The notes under the pieces were generated by a model, which was given only the letters and a program-made list of their open reading frames with translations, did no database searches and was not told where the DNA came from. Source: Bacteriovoracaceae bacterium (GTDB taxonomy: Bacteria; Bdellovibrionota; Bacteriovoracia; Bacteriovoracales; Bacteriovoracaceae). From it: 24,000 nt of DNA. Numbering within the stretch: position 1 is the first letter of the stretch; every line of letters starts with the position of its first letter. The position numbers were made by a program, and so were the translations under genes. Below, one piece after another: positions 1-6,727 of this stretch. The stretch lies in assembly GCA_048270185.1 (NCBI GenBank), contig JBLWTJ010000002.1:65517-89516 (forward strand), written 5' to 3'.

Positions 1-1
1 A

Positions 2-508
2 AAAATTGCACATAAGATTCATGAGACAAGTCTTACTCGAGGACAAGAGGCCCATCTATTAAATATTGCATCTCTAAAATTTGATCCAAATTTTAAAGGC
101 TTCTCTGATCGCCAAAAAATAGATTCCCTGGAACCAGATCTCGTGAATGCGCAAAAGCTAATAAAAGACAGTGATCATATTATCATCACAACACCAATAT
201 GGTGGTCAACCTACCCTGCTATTCTAAAGGGCTTCTTTGATCGCACACTTCTACCGGGCTTTGCCTTCAAGTATCAAAAAGGCAAGATGTTACAAGAAAA
301 GCTCCTAACGGGAAAAACTGCTAAGCTCATTCTCTTAAGTGATGCTCCGGTATGGTATCGACGCTTTATTCAACGAGATCCCGCGGCGCAAATTTTAAAA
401 AGAGATATCCTTGGTTTTTGTGGCATCAAAGTCAATCGAATACAGCGCATCGGAAAAGTCGGAAAACTAGGTGCAGACGAGAGAGAAAAGATTATTGCAA
501 GTTATTAA
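2..508 (+). CDS. Flavodoxin-like fold NAD(P)H dehydrogenase (quinone) family protein (Flavodoxin_2 type); 5' end lies outside the window
   Basis: Frame 2 is open from base 2 (KIAHKIHETSLTRGQEAHLLNIASLKFDPNF...), so the GTG at 143 is internal. DHIIITTPIWWSTYPAILKGFFDRTLLPGFAFKY matches the hallmark P.WW..P..LKg..DR segment of KefF/MdaB-type reductases. Confidence 0.8.
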   Translation, partial: KIAHKIHETSLTRGQEAHLLNIASLKFDPNFKGFSDRQKIDSLEPDLVNAQKLIKDSDHIIITTPIWWSTYPAILKGFFDRTLLPGFAFKYQKGKMLQEKLLTGKTAKLILLSDAPVWYRRFIQRDPAAQILKRDILGFCGIKVNRIQRIGKVGKLGADEREKIIASY

Positions 509-566
509 AAATTAATTCGAATAAACCTTAGGAGATGCTTCGCGTATTAAGCTTAGGCCTTGGCCA

Positions 567-842
567 GTGTATGATGGTAATTCAATCACAAATAAATGGA
601 GGTATTCATTGAGTGACAAACCAGAAATTACACCTAATATTCCGGAGCATCCAACACCTTCGCCCAAACCAGAGACTCCAAAGCCTCATAAAACACCTGA
701 GACTCCAGAGATACCGCGCGAGGTTCCAGAACCACCGGATACGCCTAATAACCCTCCGGTTGAAGTTCCACCTGATGTTCCAGAAAGGCCACCAGTGAAG
801 GACCCGGAAAAACCATTTGATCCGCCAAAGGCAGGGCCTTAG
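567..842 (+). CDS. Proline-rich low-complexity protein (PE/PK/PP repeats); the start is ambiguous
   Basis: The ORF starts at GTG 567 with no Shine-Dalgarno. An in-frame TTG at 609 lies 6 nt after GGAGG (598-602) and is the better start. The product is about 40 percent Pro (PEHPTPSPKPETPKPHKTPETPEIPREVPEPPDTPNNPPVEVPPDVPERPPVKDPEKP) with no signal peptide. Confidence 0.4.
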   Translation: MYDGNSITNKWRYSLSDKPEITPNIPEHPTPSPKPETPKPHKTPETPEIPREVPEPPDTPNNPPVEVPPDVPERPPVKDPEKPFDPPKAGP

Positions 843-851
843 AAAGGCCCT
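833..851. terminator. Hairpin between convergent genes, a possible bidirectional terminator
   Basis: AGGGCCTT (833-840) and AAGGCCCT (844-851) are perfect reverse complements: an 8 bp GC-rich stem with a 3 nt loop. It overlaps the TAG stop at 840-842 and sits 10 nt from the minus-strand gene end at 862. The flanking U-tracts are weak. Confidence 0.45.
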
Positions 852-861
852 ACTAATTCAG

Positions 862-1209
862 TTACTTTCCAGTAAAATTTGCGGCAACAAATTCACCTGA
901 AAGTTTTAAGAAAATATAAAGCTTTTTACCTTTAACACCTTTTTCATTATCAAATGTAACAACCCATTCAGTCTTCTTACCAAAAGTCTTTTTCACTGAC
1001 TGATTGTATGTAGAGTTTTTCCAAGAGGCATCAATCTTGCCGGCCTTAATAAGTCTAATGATATGACCTTGGCCGATTTCAACCGTTTTCTCTTTAGAAA
1101 CTGCCGGGACTCCATGAGAGTGACTATGACCATGGGAATGGCCATGTCCAGGACCAGCAAAGTTTGAAAAAGAAAAAAGTAAAGTTCCAATTAAAAATAA
1201 GTTTCTCAT
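862..1209 (-). CDS. Secreted His-rich metal-binding protein (DUF6488-like small periplasmic protein)
   Basis: I prefer the internal ATG at 1209, preceded by GGGGAA, over the track start at 1260. That gives MRNLFLIGTLLFSFSNFA as a signal peptide, then GPGHGHSHGHSHSHG. The C-terminal WVVTF...LYIFL..G..VAANFTGK resembles small PepSY-like periplasmic proteins. It lies 10 nt downstream of HupE/UreJ. Confidence 0.6.
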   Translation of the reverse strand: MRNLFLIGTLLFSFSNFAGPGHGHSHGHSHSHGVPAVSKEKTVEIGQGHIIRLIKAGKIDASWKNSTYNQSVKKTFGKKTEWVVTFDNEKGVKGKKLYIFLKLSGEFVAANFTGK

Positions 1210-1219
1210 ATGTATTCCC

Positions 1220-1996
1220 CTATAAATTATCGTGTTTGATTTCATCAGTTTGTGATTCATTCATTTTCATATGATGGTGAAGATGATTGTCCTCACTAAA
1301 TCCAAACTCATCACTGCCAGTAGAGTGAAGGTAGCCATGTAATTGCATCAAAAGAAGCATAAACCCAGCTAACATAATCCCATCATTAAAAACTCTTGAA
1401 AGTCTTGCAAATAAATGAAGCTTTCTCATTTGAGTAATAATTAAAAGCATTATAACTAGTCCTACGATTTGACCTAATTCAACACCAATATTAAATGAGA
1501 TAATTCTCACTAGCATTTCAAAACCTTTATCACCTAATGGCAGCTGTTGAAGACGAGTTGAAAGTCCAAAGCCGTGAATTAGGCCAAAGATAAAGACCAT
1601 CCAAAGTAAGTTTGGTGATTTCTTTAATCCAAAATACTCTTGAAATCCTTTATTATTATCGAAACCCTTATAGATAACAGATATGGCAATAACAGCATCA
1701 ATGAGCCAGTAGTTGGCCGCAATTCCCATAAACGTTGCAAAGATAAGTGTAATACTATGGCCTAAAGTAAAGATACTTATAAACTTAACGATATCTTTAA
1801 AAGTCTTTAAAAAGAATATGACACCAAAAAGAAAAAGTAAGTGATCATATCCTGTAATCATGTGCTCAGCACCAAGGATGATATATTTTAAATAACCACC
1901 TTCAATCATTGCACGTCTTGCTTCTTCACTTATTCCATGAGCAAATGAGTTTGCAGCATAGAAAGAAGTAAGAATACTTAATAAAATTTTAAACAT
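1220..1996 (-). CDS. HupE/UreJ family (HupE_UreJ_2) metal permease, probably Ni/Co
   Basis: The start is reassigned to ATG 1996 (GGAGA upstream, signal-like MFKILLSILTSFYAANSFAHG). Motifs GAEHMITGYDHLLFLFGVIFFL and GLIHGFGLS are typical of the family. It has multiple TM helices and a His-rich C-terminal tail (DNHLHHHMKM). Confidence 0.8.
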   Translation of the reverse strand: MFKILLSILTSFYAANSFAHGISEEARRAMIEGGYLKYIILGAEHMITGYDHLLFLFGVIFFLKTFKDIVKFISIFTLGHSITLIFATFMGIAANYWLIDAVIAISVIYKGFDNNKGFQEYFGLKKSPNLLWMVFIFGLIHGFGLSTRLQQLPLGDKGFEMLVRIISFNIGVELGQIVGLVIMLLIITQMRKLHLFARLSRVFNDGIMLAGFMLLLMQLHGYLHSTGSDEFGFSEDNHLHHHMKMNESQTDEIKHDNL

Positions 1997-2033
1997 AATT
2001 TCTCCAATTTTTAGTTTTAATGATTTTAAAAAA

Positions 2034-2414
2034 CTAAGAATGCATTGGAGGACGATAGATTTTACTTGGGTGAGGATTTGATAGTAATACTTTTTCAAGA
2101 AAGCCTAACTTAAGTTCTACAACAGTAACTTTTCCAAAGACTTTTACCGTGCGACTCAAGAGCTTAACTTCTGATTGCGTAACCTTTGAGTGATCATGAT
2201 TGTGCTCATGTTCTTCACCATCCTCACTATGCTTATGCTTGTGAGTATGGGGACGCTCATCAATATTATCATGATGACTATTATTATAATTTAAAAATTC
2301 TACGAGATGAGAGTTGAGCTCATTTTCACTATCAATGAGACTAGGCCCCGTCATAACTACGATGATAGCTAATGAAGAAACAAGAATAGCTTTAAAGAAA
2401 GCGTCTAGGGCCAT
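2034..2414 (-). CDS. Membrane-anchored His-rich protein of unknown function
   Basis: An N-terminal hydrophobic anchor (FFKAILVSSLAIIVVM) is followed by SHHDNIDERPHTHKHKHSEDGEEHEHNHDH. It sits between the DUF3347 and HupE/UreJ genes on the same strand. No clear SD. Confidence 0.55.
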   Translation of the reverse strand: MALDAFFKAILVSSLAIIVVMTGPSLIDSENELNSHLVEFLNYNNSHHDNIDERPHTHKHKHSEDGEEHEHNHDHSKVTQSEVKLLSRTVKVFGKVTVVELKLGFLEKVLLSNPHPSKIYRPPMHS

Positions 2415-2481
2415 AATCTAATTATATTTATATTTCACTATATGTAAGTAAAAAAAGACACAGATCTTTTAATAACACTTA

Positions 2482-2877
2482 CTATTTTTGGATTTCACCG
2501 CAAGTAAGCATTTTCTTTCCATAATATGGATTACTAATAGAAGAACCTTTCTGTATCCATCGAGCATTTGCCATCGGACATTTAACGATTTTAAGATCGC
2601 TATTTTCAAGTGATTTTCCATTCTTAATATAGATTTCAGAAAGAAGCTTAAACGAATTTCTTAAAGCACTAATACTACTTAAGTTCTTGTCACAATCATC
2701 GTATTTATAATCTTTAGCATAGTGTCCAAGCTCTTTTTTACACATTGTTTTCCAAGACTTAAGTCCCTGACTTAGATCTTCCTCTACTAGTGACTTTTGA
2801 AGGCTTAAGTAATTCTGATATTCTAACTCATGGCAAAAAACGTTGAAAGATAATACCAAAGCTATAAGTAATTTCAT
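2482..2877 (-). CDS. DUF3347 domain protein (periplasmic, associated with metal homeostasis)
   Basis: Signal peptide MKLLIALVLSFNVFC. The C-terminal CPMANARWIQ....NPYYGKKMLTCGE is the characteristic DUF3347 end motif. AGGAGA SD upstream of the ATG. Confidence 0.7.
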   Translation of the reverse strand: MKLLIALVLSFNVFCHELEYQNYLSLQKSLVEEDLSQGLKSWKTMCKKELGHYAKDYKYDDCDKNLSSISALRNSFKLLSEIYIKNGKSLENSDLKIVKCPMANARWIQKGSSISNPYYGKKMLTCGEIQK

Positions 2878-2895
2878 GACTTTCTCCTATGAAAA

Positions 2896-2926
2896 GTATG
2901 ATAATCATCATACCCCCCTAGGGTAT
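2896..2926. promoter_or_regulatory. Two overlapping palindromes in the leader of the metal operon, a candidate metalloregulator operator
   Basis: GTATGA-TAATCA-TCATAC (2896-2913) is a perfect 6-6-6 inverted repeat. ATACCC-CCCTA-GGGTAT (2910-2926) has a C6/G6 tract flanked by inverted ATAC/GTAT. Both lie 19-50 nt upstream of the DUF3347 ATG at 2877. Confidence 0.5.
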
Positions 2927-2977
2927 ATCGTAAAAAACATAAAATCAAATTAATTAAAGGTTCCTGGATACTTTTCG

Positions 2978-2995
2978 GGATGCGCAACAGCATCC
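2978..2995 (-). terminator. Weak hairpin at the 3' end of the thermonuclease gene
   Basis: GGATGC (2978-2983) and GCATCC (2990-2995) form a 6 bp stem with a 6 nt loop that touches the TAG stop. There is no convincing U-tract on the minus strand. Confidence 0.3.
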
Positions 2996-3468
2996 TAATT
3001 CTCTGAAGCAATCTCACGATTAGACTTACACCAGTCAATCTTCTTCTTGGTGCCACCATCATAAGCATAGGCCAGCCCATTCTTAAGAAGATAGTATGAT
3101 AGAGACTTACCATCAATCTTTACATCGGCCACCACACGGAAATACTTCCCGCGAGACACATTCTCAAGATCGATTCTCTTGGCATGCTTTAAGAGATTGG
3201 CAACGATCTTCTTGGCATCTCTGCCCTTACTTTTCTCACACTTATTCTTCGTTCGTATCTCAGGCGTATCCACTCCACTCACTCGCACATTAATTCGACT
3301 CCCAATGAGTGGATGTACATTTGGAATATCAAATGTCACGGTATCGGCGTCGTAGTTCTTCACATATTTAACACAGCGGAAGTTACTGGCGTCGTGGGTG
3401 CAGTCTGAGGTCGCTAGTGTTGTTAGCTGGAGGAATGAAAATAAAAATATACAAATTATAAATCTCAT
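2995..3468 (-). CDS. Secreted thermonuclease (staphylococcal nuclease/SNase family)
   Basis: Signal peptide MRFIICIFLFSFLQLTTLA. SNase-like core DADTVTF....RVSGVDTPE...........GRDAKKIV...L......L......GKYFRVVADV..DGKSL...LLKNGLAY.Y. Confidence 0.8.
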   Translation of the reverse strand: MRFIICIFLFSFLQLTTLATSDCTHDASNFRCVKYVKNYDADTVTFDIPNVHPLIGSRINVRVSGVDTPEIRTKNKCEKSKGRDAKKIVANLLKHAKRIDLENVSRGKYFRVVADVKIDGKSLSYYLLKNGLAYAYDGGTKKKIDWCKSNREIASEN

Positions 3469-3512
3469 ACGTCACCTATCGGATAATTATCAAAATAAAT
3501 TAGTTACAAAGC

Positions 3513-3803
3513 TTACTCTCCTACCTCCTCAAAACCACTAACATGCCTCTCCTTCAAAAATGTAACGATCACAAATGAATCTGGATCACATAGGGCAAAG
3601 AACTCAATTTCTTTAAAGGTTCCATGATAACAGCTTAGAATGGATTTCTCCTCAAATCGATTAAAACGCCCGAGGTATTGAACGTCATCAAGTTGATACT
3701 TAAGCATCATTTGCATATGTCTTAGCTCTTCGACAGATATCTCATGACCATATCGAGAGAAGAATCTTGCTTGTGCATGCTTTGTTGTTATTTCGCTAGA
3801 CAT
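3513..3803 (-). CDS. Small hypothetical protein, possibly DUF4258-like
   Basis: N-terminal TKHAQARFFSRYGHEISVEEL resembles the H A..R...RgI..eev motif of DUF4258, and the C-terminal VIVTFL strand fits. GAGGG SD upstream. The assignment is weak. Confidence 0.35.
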   Translation of the reverse strand: MSSEITTKHAQARFFSRYGHEISVEELRHMQMMLKYQLDDVQYLGRFNRFEEKSILSCYHGTFKEIEFFALCDPDSFVIVTFLKERHVSGFEEVGE

Positions 3804-3813
3804 GTATTAACCC

Positions 3814-4044
3814 TCACTTTGAAATATAATAAAAAAATGCAACCCCAGCTAATTCCACAATATCGCTTATCACCCACCTTAGAAGATAAGAATTCATCTT
3901 CTGGCCAAAAGGAAGTTTCAATTCGGCCCACTGATAGAATCTAAAATGCTTAGCAAATTTTTGAATTAGTGTTGTGTAGCCAAATAGAACAATCGCAATA
4001 CCTGCAAATTCCTCTCCTCCATTAATAAGAATGATAAAGTACAA
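3814..4044 (-). CDS. Small two-TM membrane protein; the start is uncertain
   Basis: The track start is TTG at 4044. A strong AGGAGG (4073-4078, minus strand) sits 28 nt upstream, followed only by in-frame ATA/ATT codons. Two hydrophobic helices are present, the second carrying an Asp (RWVISDIVELAGVAFFYYI). It fills an otherwise empty 270 nt gap in a minus-strand operon. Confidence 0.35.
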   Translation of the reverse strand: MYFIILINGGEEFAGIAIVLFGYTTLIQKFAKHFRFYQWAELKLPFGQKMNSYLLRWVISDIVELAGVAFFYYISK

Positions 4045-4076
4045 AAGGATTACAATATTCTTTCTTATAATGCCTC

Positions 4077-4436
4077 CTAGGCCAATACATCATAAATAAT
4101 TAACATCTGCTGCGTTGATAAAACCATCCCTACAAAAGGTAATAGGAATACTATAGGTGAAATTTTCATATTACTTATGAGATAAGTTATAAATGCAATT
4201 GATACTCCATAGAGAAAAGAAAGTAGTGAGACAGCAATAGCAGGCCCCATGGCCTTTGGATCAGAAATATTCTGCAGTAGTAAAATATAACCAATAATAG
4301 GGCCTAAGAAAGAAGCAAAGAGCGCTGAATTAATAATATAATCTTTGCGGACTTCTTTTTTTACAATAAGAGTCAATGCAATTAGCCCTAGAACAATTAA
4401 TAATGAATACCAATCAACAAATATCATAAGATTCAT
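4077..4436 (-). CDS. Miniature MotA/TolQ/ExbB-like proton-channel family membrane protein
   Basis: SFLGPIIGYILLLQNISDPKAMGPAIAVSLLSFLYGVSIAF matches the conserved core of the MotA_ExbB family (P..G..GT..G......dp..lg..iA.AL.tT.yG). It is only 119 aa with 3-4 TM helices. Confidence 0.5.
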   Translation of the reverse strand: MNLMIFVDWYSLLIVLGLIALTLIVKKEVRKDYIINSALFASFLGPIIGYILLLQNISDPKAMGPAIAVSLLSFLYGVSIAFITYLISNMKISPIVFLLPFVGMVLSTQQMLIIYDVLA

Positions 4437-4445
4437 AAGTCTCCC

Positions 4446-5999
4446 CTAGAACTCAAAACCAATTCCGATTTTGACTTCTTCTTCATTAAAATTTCTGAAC
4501 TCGTTTCTTTTAATATAGAGATTCAAGTAAGCATTCTTATCTCGATTACCATATTGAAACATGGTCATTCCCATATTGAAGTTATAAGACTGGGCACTTC
4601 TTTGGGTTGCCGAGATTTCACTGTCATATCGATTATCATTGTAATAATGTGTCTTTTGCTCTTTTAAGAAACCATATCCTAAGTTAGCGTAGCCCTTTGC
4701 ACTCTTATAAATAACGAGATTCACCCCAGACTCAGTGCGTGTAGTATCCTCAACCGTGTCGTCATCATTCTCGATTGAGTTGTACTCAATTTCACTATAG
4801 ACCCAAAGGTATGAGAAAAGCTTATAGTCGAGGCGTATTGGAAGTTGAGCAAACTCTCCCTTTCCTTCTCTGACAACAGCGGGATTATAATTGATAATCC
4901 AATTTCCTTCGATATAAGGAGGAGTTTTAGATAGAGAGATTGTCTCCTCTGGCATGAAACGATTTGGCGTAAATTTTAATTGCCCCTCATAGACAACATA
5001 ATCTTGCTTTACTAATTTTAGTTTCGACTCCTTGTCATAGCGAATAAGGATTGGTGTTACTCCTTTGTATTCATCATCAAGATAAACAGAAGCGCCGATT
5101 GGATTAGAGCGAATCATTACACGACTCTCTCTAGGTCGCATTTTCAAGTTAAGATCAAGGACCTCACTCTCTCCTATAGAAACGGGATAGATCATCGAGT
5201 AATAATCGGGGTGAGAAAGTGTAATTTGATGCTCAACTGACGCCTTAAGGGTTAGTCGATCATCATTACTTTTCTTACCATTTACCTTAACCTGAGCATT
5301 TCGAGGATAAGTGCTTAGCTTAATCTTTCCAGTCGCTTCTTTTAAAATAATATTTTGAGAGATCTTGCCTTGAATTAGGATATTTCGAGTAACTTGCTGA
5401 TAACCTCTTTTGTTAATTACCAGTAAGTACTTTCCATGTTCAAGAGAGACACTACAATTTGTCGTTGCATAGCGCTTTGAGTTCTTCTCAAGATTGATGA
5501 TCTCAACATTTGCATCTGCTGGAGCAGTTGTCAGAGTCAAGACACTCTTTAGGGCGCGGTCACCATAGAGATTAAGAAGCTCATCTTTATTTTGGCGACG
5601 TCTCTTCTCTTTCTCAATAGAAACCTTTGAGTAGCGAACTTGGCGGTAAACAATATAAGCACCATCCTTTGTTTTAACCGTTTCTTTAAATGGCGCAAGC
5701 CCTTCAATATTAATATTCTTATTTCTAAGCACAGAGCTTTCTTGAATCTGAGTTTCATCAAGGTCAGATAGAATTGAACTTGAGTACTCGAGATTGACCC
5801 CGTAATTATGAATAACAGCTTCATTAAGGGCATTGTAGTAGGCCTCTCTGTAAGCTTCATTGAGCTTCTTCTTCCCTTCAGAAATTCCGACATAGTATTG
5901 GTAATCCTTATCCTCACTATAGACCTTGGAAGTCCAATCACCACTGGCAAGCAGTGATGACTGGAGGATAAGAAAGGCGTTGAGCCATTTAAAGAACAT
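4446..5999 (-). CDS. Outer-membrane protein: LPP20-like N-domain, three PEGA domains and a C-terminal beta-barrel
   Basis: Signal peptide MFFKWLNAFLILQSSLLASG. An LPP20-like YYVGISEG....A...A...A segment is present. PEGA-like repeats are TLTTAPADANVEI, IKLSTYPRNAQVKVNGK and VMIRSNPIGASVYLDDEYKGVTPI. The protein ends VKIGIGFEF with a terminal Phe, typical of OMP barrels. AGGAG SD lies inside the upstream gene end. Confidence 0.7.
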   Translation of the reverse strand: MFFKWLNAFLILQSSLLASGDWTSKVYSEDKDYQYYVGISEGKKKLNEAYREAYYNALNEAVIHNYGVNLEYSSSILSDLDETQIQESSVLRNKNINIEGLAPFKETVKTKDGAYIVYRQVRYSKVSIEKEKRRRQNKDELLNLYGDRALKSVLTLTTAPADANVEIINLEKNSKRYATTNCSVSLEHGKYLLVINKRGYQQVTRNILIQGKISQNIILKEATGKIKLSTYPRNAQVKVNGKKSNDDRLTLKASVEHQITLSHPDYYSMIYPVSIGESEVLDLNLKMRPRESRVMIRSNPIGASVYLDDEYKGVTPILIRYDKESKLKLVKQDYVVYEGQLKFTPNRFMPEETISLSKTPPYIEGNWIINYNPAVVREGKGEFAQLPIRLDYKLFSYLWVYSEIEYNSIENDDDTVEDTTRTESGVNLVIYKSAKGYANLGYGFLKEQKTHYYNDNRYDSEISATQRSAQSYNFNMGMTMFQYGNRDKNAYLNLYIKRNEFRNFNEEEVKIGIGFEF

Positions 6000-6002
6000 G
6001 GC

Positions 6003-6581
6003 CTACTCCTGGCCAAGTTTAGTAATCTGTCCTTGAAGGTGGTTATCAACAGCGGCCTTGAACTCTTTCGATAGTCCTTTTTCGTGATTTAAGGCGTACT
6101 TCATTGCTTTCTTAAGCTTTGATTCTTTTAACGAGATAAGGCTATAGATCTTTAGCACATACTTTGGTGCCCCATCTTCATCAAAAGTCTTAACTTTTTC
6201 CCAGTACCTTTCTTCTTGGTAAATTCCCGAGCTGATATGCTTTGAGAACTCGTTACCATAGAACCTTGCAAGCTCTCCGGAATTCTCAACACCTTCCTCA
6301 GCGTTTTGGAAGATGAAGCTCATCTCATTAACAATGGTACGAGAAATTTCGTGACGAGCATTATTGTCTGCCACTCTTGCCAAGGCAGTAACCTTCGCAT
6401 TAATTGAGGCTTCGGCTACACCAACACTATAGACCTTGCCTTCCTTTTTAAACATCGGCTTTGTGATGTCGGCCCATGCTGGTTTGCTCTCATAATTAGA
6501 GCTGTGAGAGATAACTTTCTCAGTAAATGATGAACATGAATAAATGATGAATAAAGAAAGTAAAATAATGTAGTTCCTCAT
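6003..6581 (-). CDS. LPP20-family lipoprotein
   Basis: MRNYIILLSLFIIYSC is lipobox-like. VYSVGVAEASINAKVTALARVADNNARHEISRTI is LPP20-like. A strong GGAGGA SD is present, and the stop lies 3 nt before the next ATG. Confidence 0.65.
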   Translation of the reverse strand: MRNYIILLSLFIIYSCSSFTEKVISHSSNYESKPAWADITKPMFKKEGKVYSVGVAEASINAKVTALARVADNNARHEISRTIVNEMSFIFQNAEEGVENSGELARFYGNEFSKHISSGIYQEERYWEKVKTFDEDGAPKYVLKIYSLISLKESKLKKAMKYALNHEKGLSKEFKAAVDNHLQGQITKLGQE

Positions 6582-6727
6582 ATCGTCCTCCTATAGACTC
6601 ATCATAGAAGAAGCGAATCCAAGAATATGAGACTCTGCACTCAAGACATATATTTATAAGACTTTGAAATTACTTATATATTTCATATTTACTAAATAAC
6701 CGACTCCAGTACTCCGATAAAATCCTT

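Noticed and set aside
613-798. 61-aa ORF in an alternative frame of the proline-rich region
   Set aside because: It lies entirely inside the Pro-rich ORF. Its basic, repetitive translation is the frame-shifted shadow of CCN/GAA-rich repeats, and it has no SD.
993-1190. 65-aa minus-strand ORF inside the His-rich periplasmic protein gene
   Set aside because: It is an alternative-frame shadow ORF fully contained in a better-supported CDS.
1997-2098. 34-codon N-terminal extension of the HupE/UreJ ORF (track start 2098), and the similar 17-codon extension of the 862..1260 ORF
   Set aside because: The internal ATGs at 1996 and 1209 have SDs and give proper signal peptides. The extensions would overlap the upstream genes and bury the signal sequences.
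2874-3293. ORFs 2874..3116 (-) and 3096..3293 (+) overlapping the thermonuclease gene and the operon leader
   Set aside because: They overlap a confidently identified SNase CDS in other frames or on the other strand. The translations are Arg/Leu-rich nonsense, and the 2874 ORF would run through the operator/SD region.
3744-3944. 66-aa plus-strand ORF spanning two minus-strand genes
   Set aside because: It is antisense to two co-oriented genes. It has no SD and a Cys/Leu-rich unstructured translation.
3814-4044. Calling the small two-TM ORF a MotB/ExbD homologue
   Set aside because: Only a TM helix with one Asp supports the call. There is no periplasmic OmpA-like or ExbD domain, and the start codon is unclear. 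It is reported only as a hypothetical membrane protein.
5549-6049. 166-aa minus-strand ORF overlapping the PEGA/barrel gene and the LPP20 gene end
   Set aside because: It is an alternative frame of two well-supported CDSs. Its basic, low-complexity translation is typical of shadow ORFs.
6688-6712. Similarity between TTTACTAAATAACCGACTCCAGTAC (upstream of the WYL gene) and TTTACTAACCGCTAGTAC (20731-20748, upstream of the recombinase-domain gene) as possible att-like direct repeats bounding the island
   Set aside because: The match is short, gapped and AT-rich. Both copies sit in promoter positions, so it is more likely promoter-like sequence or chance. It cannot be supported without an empty-site comparison.
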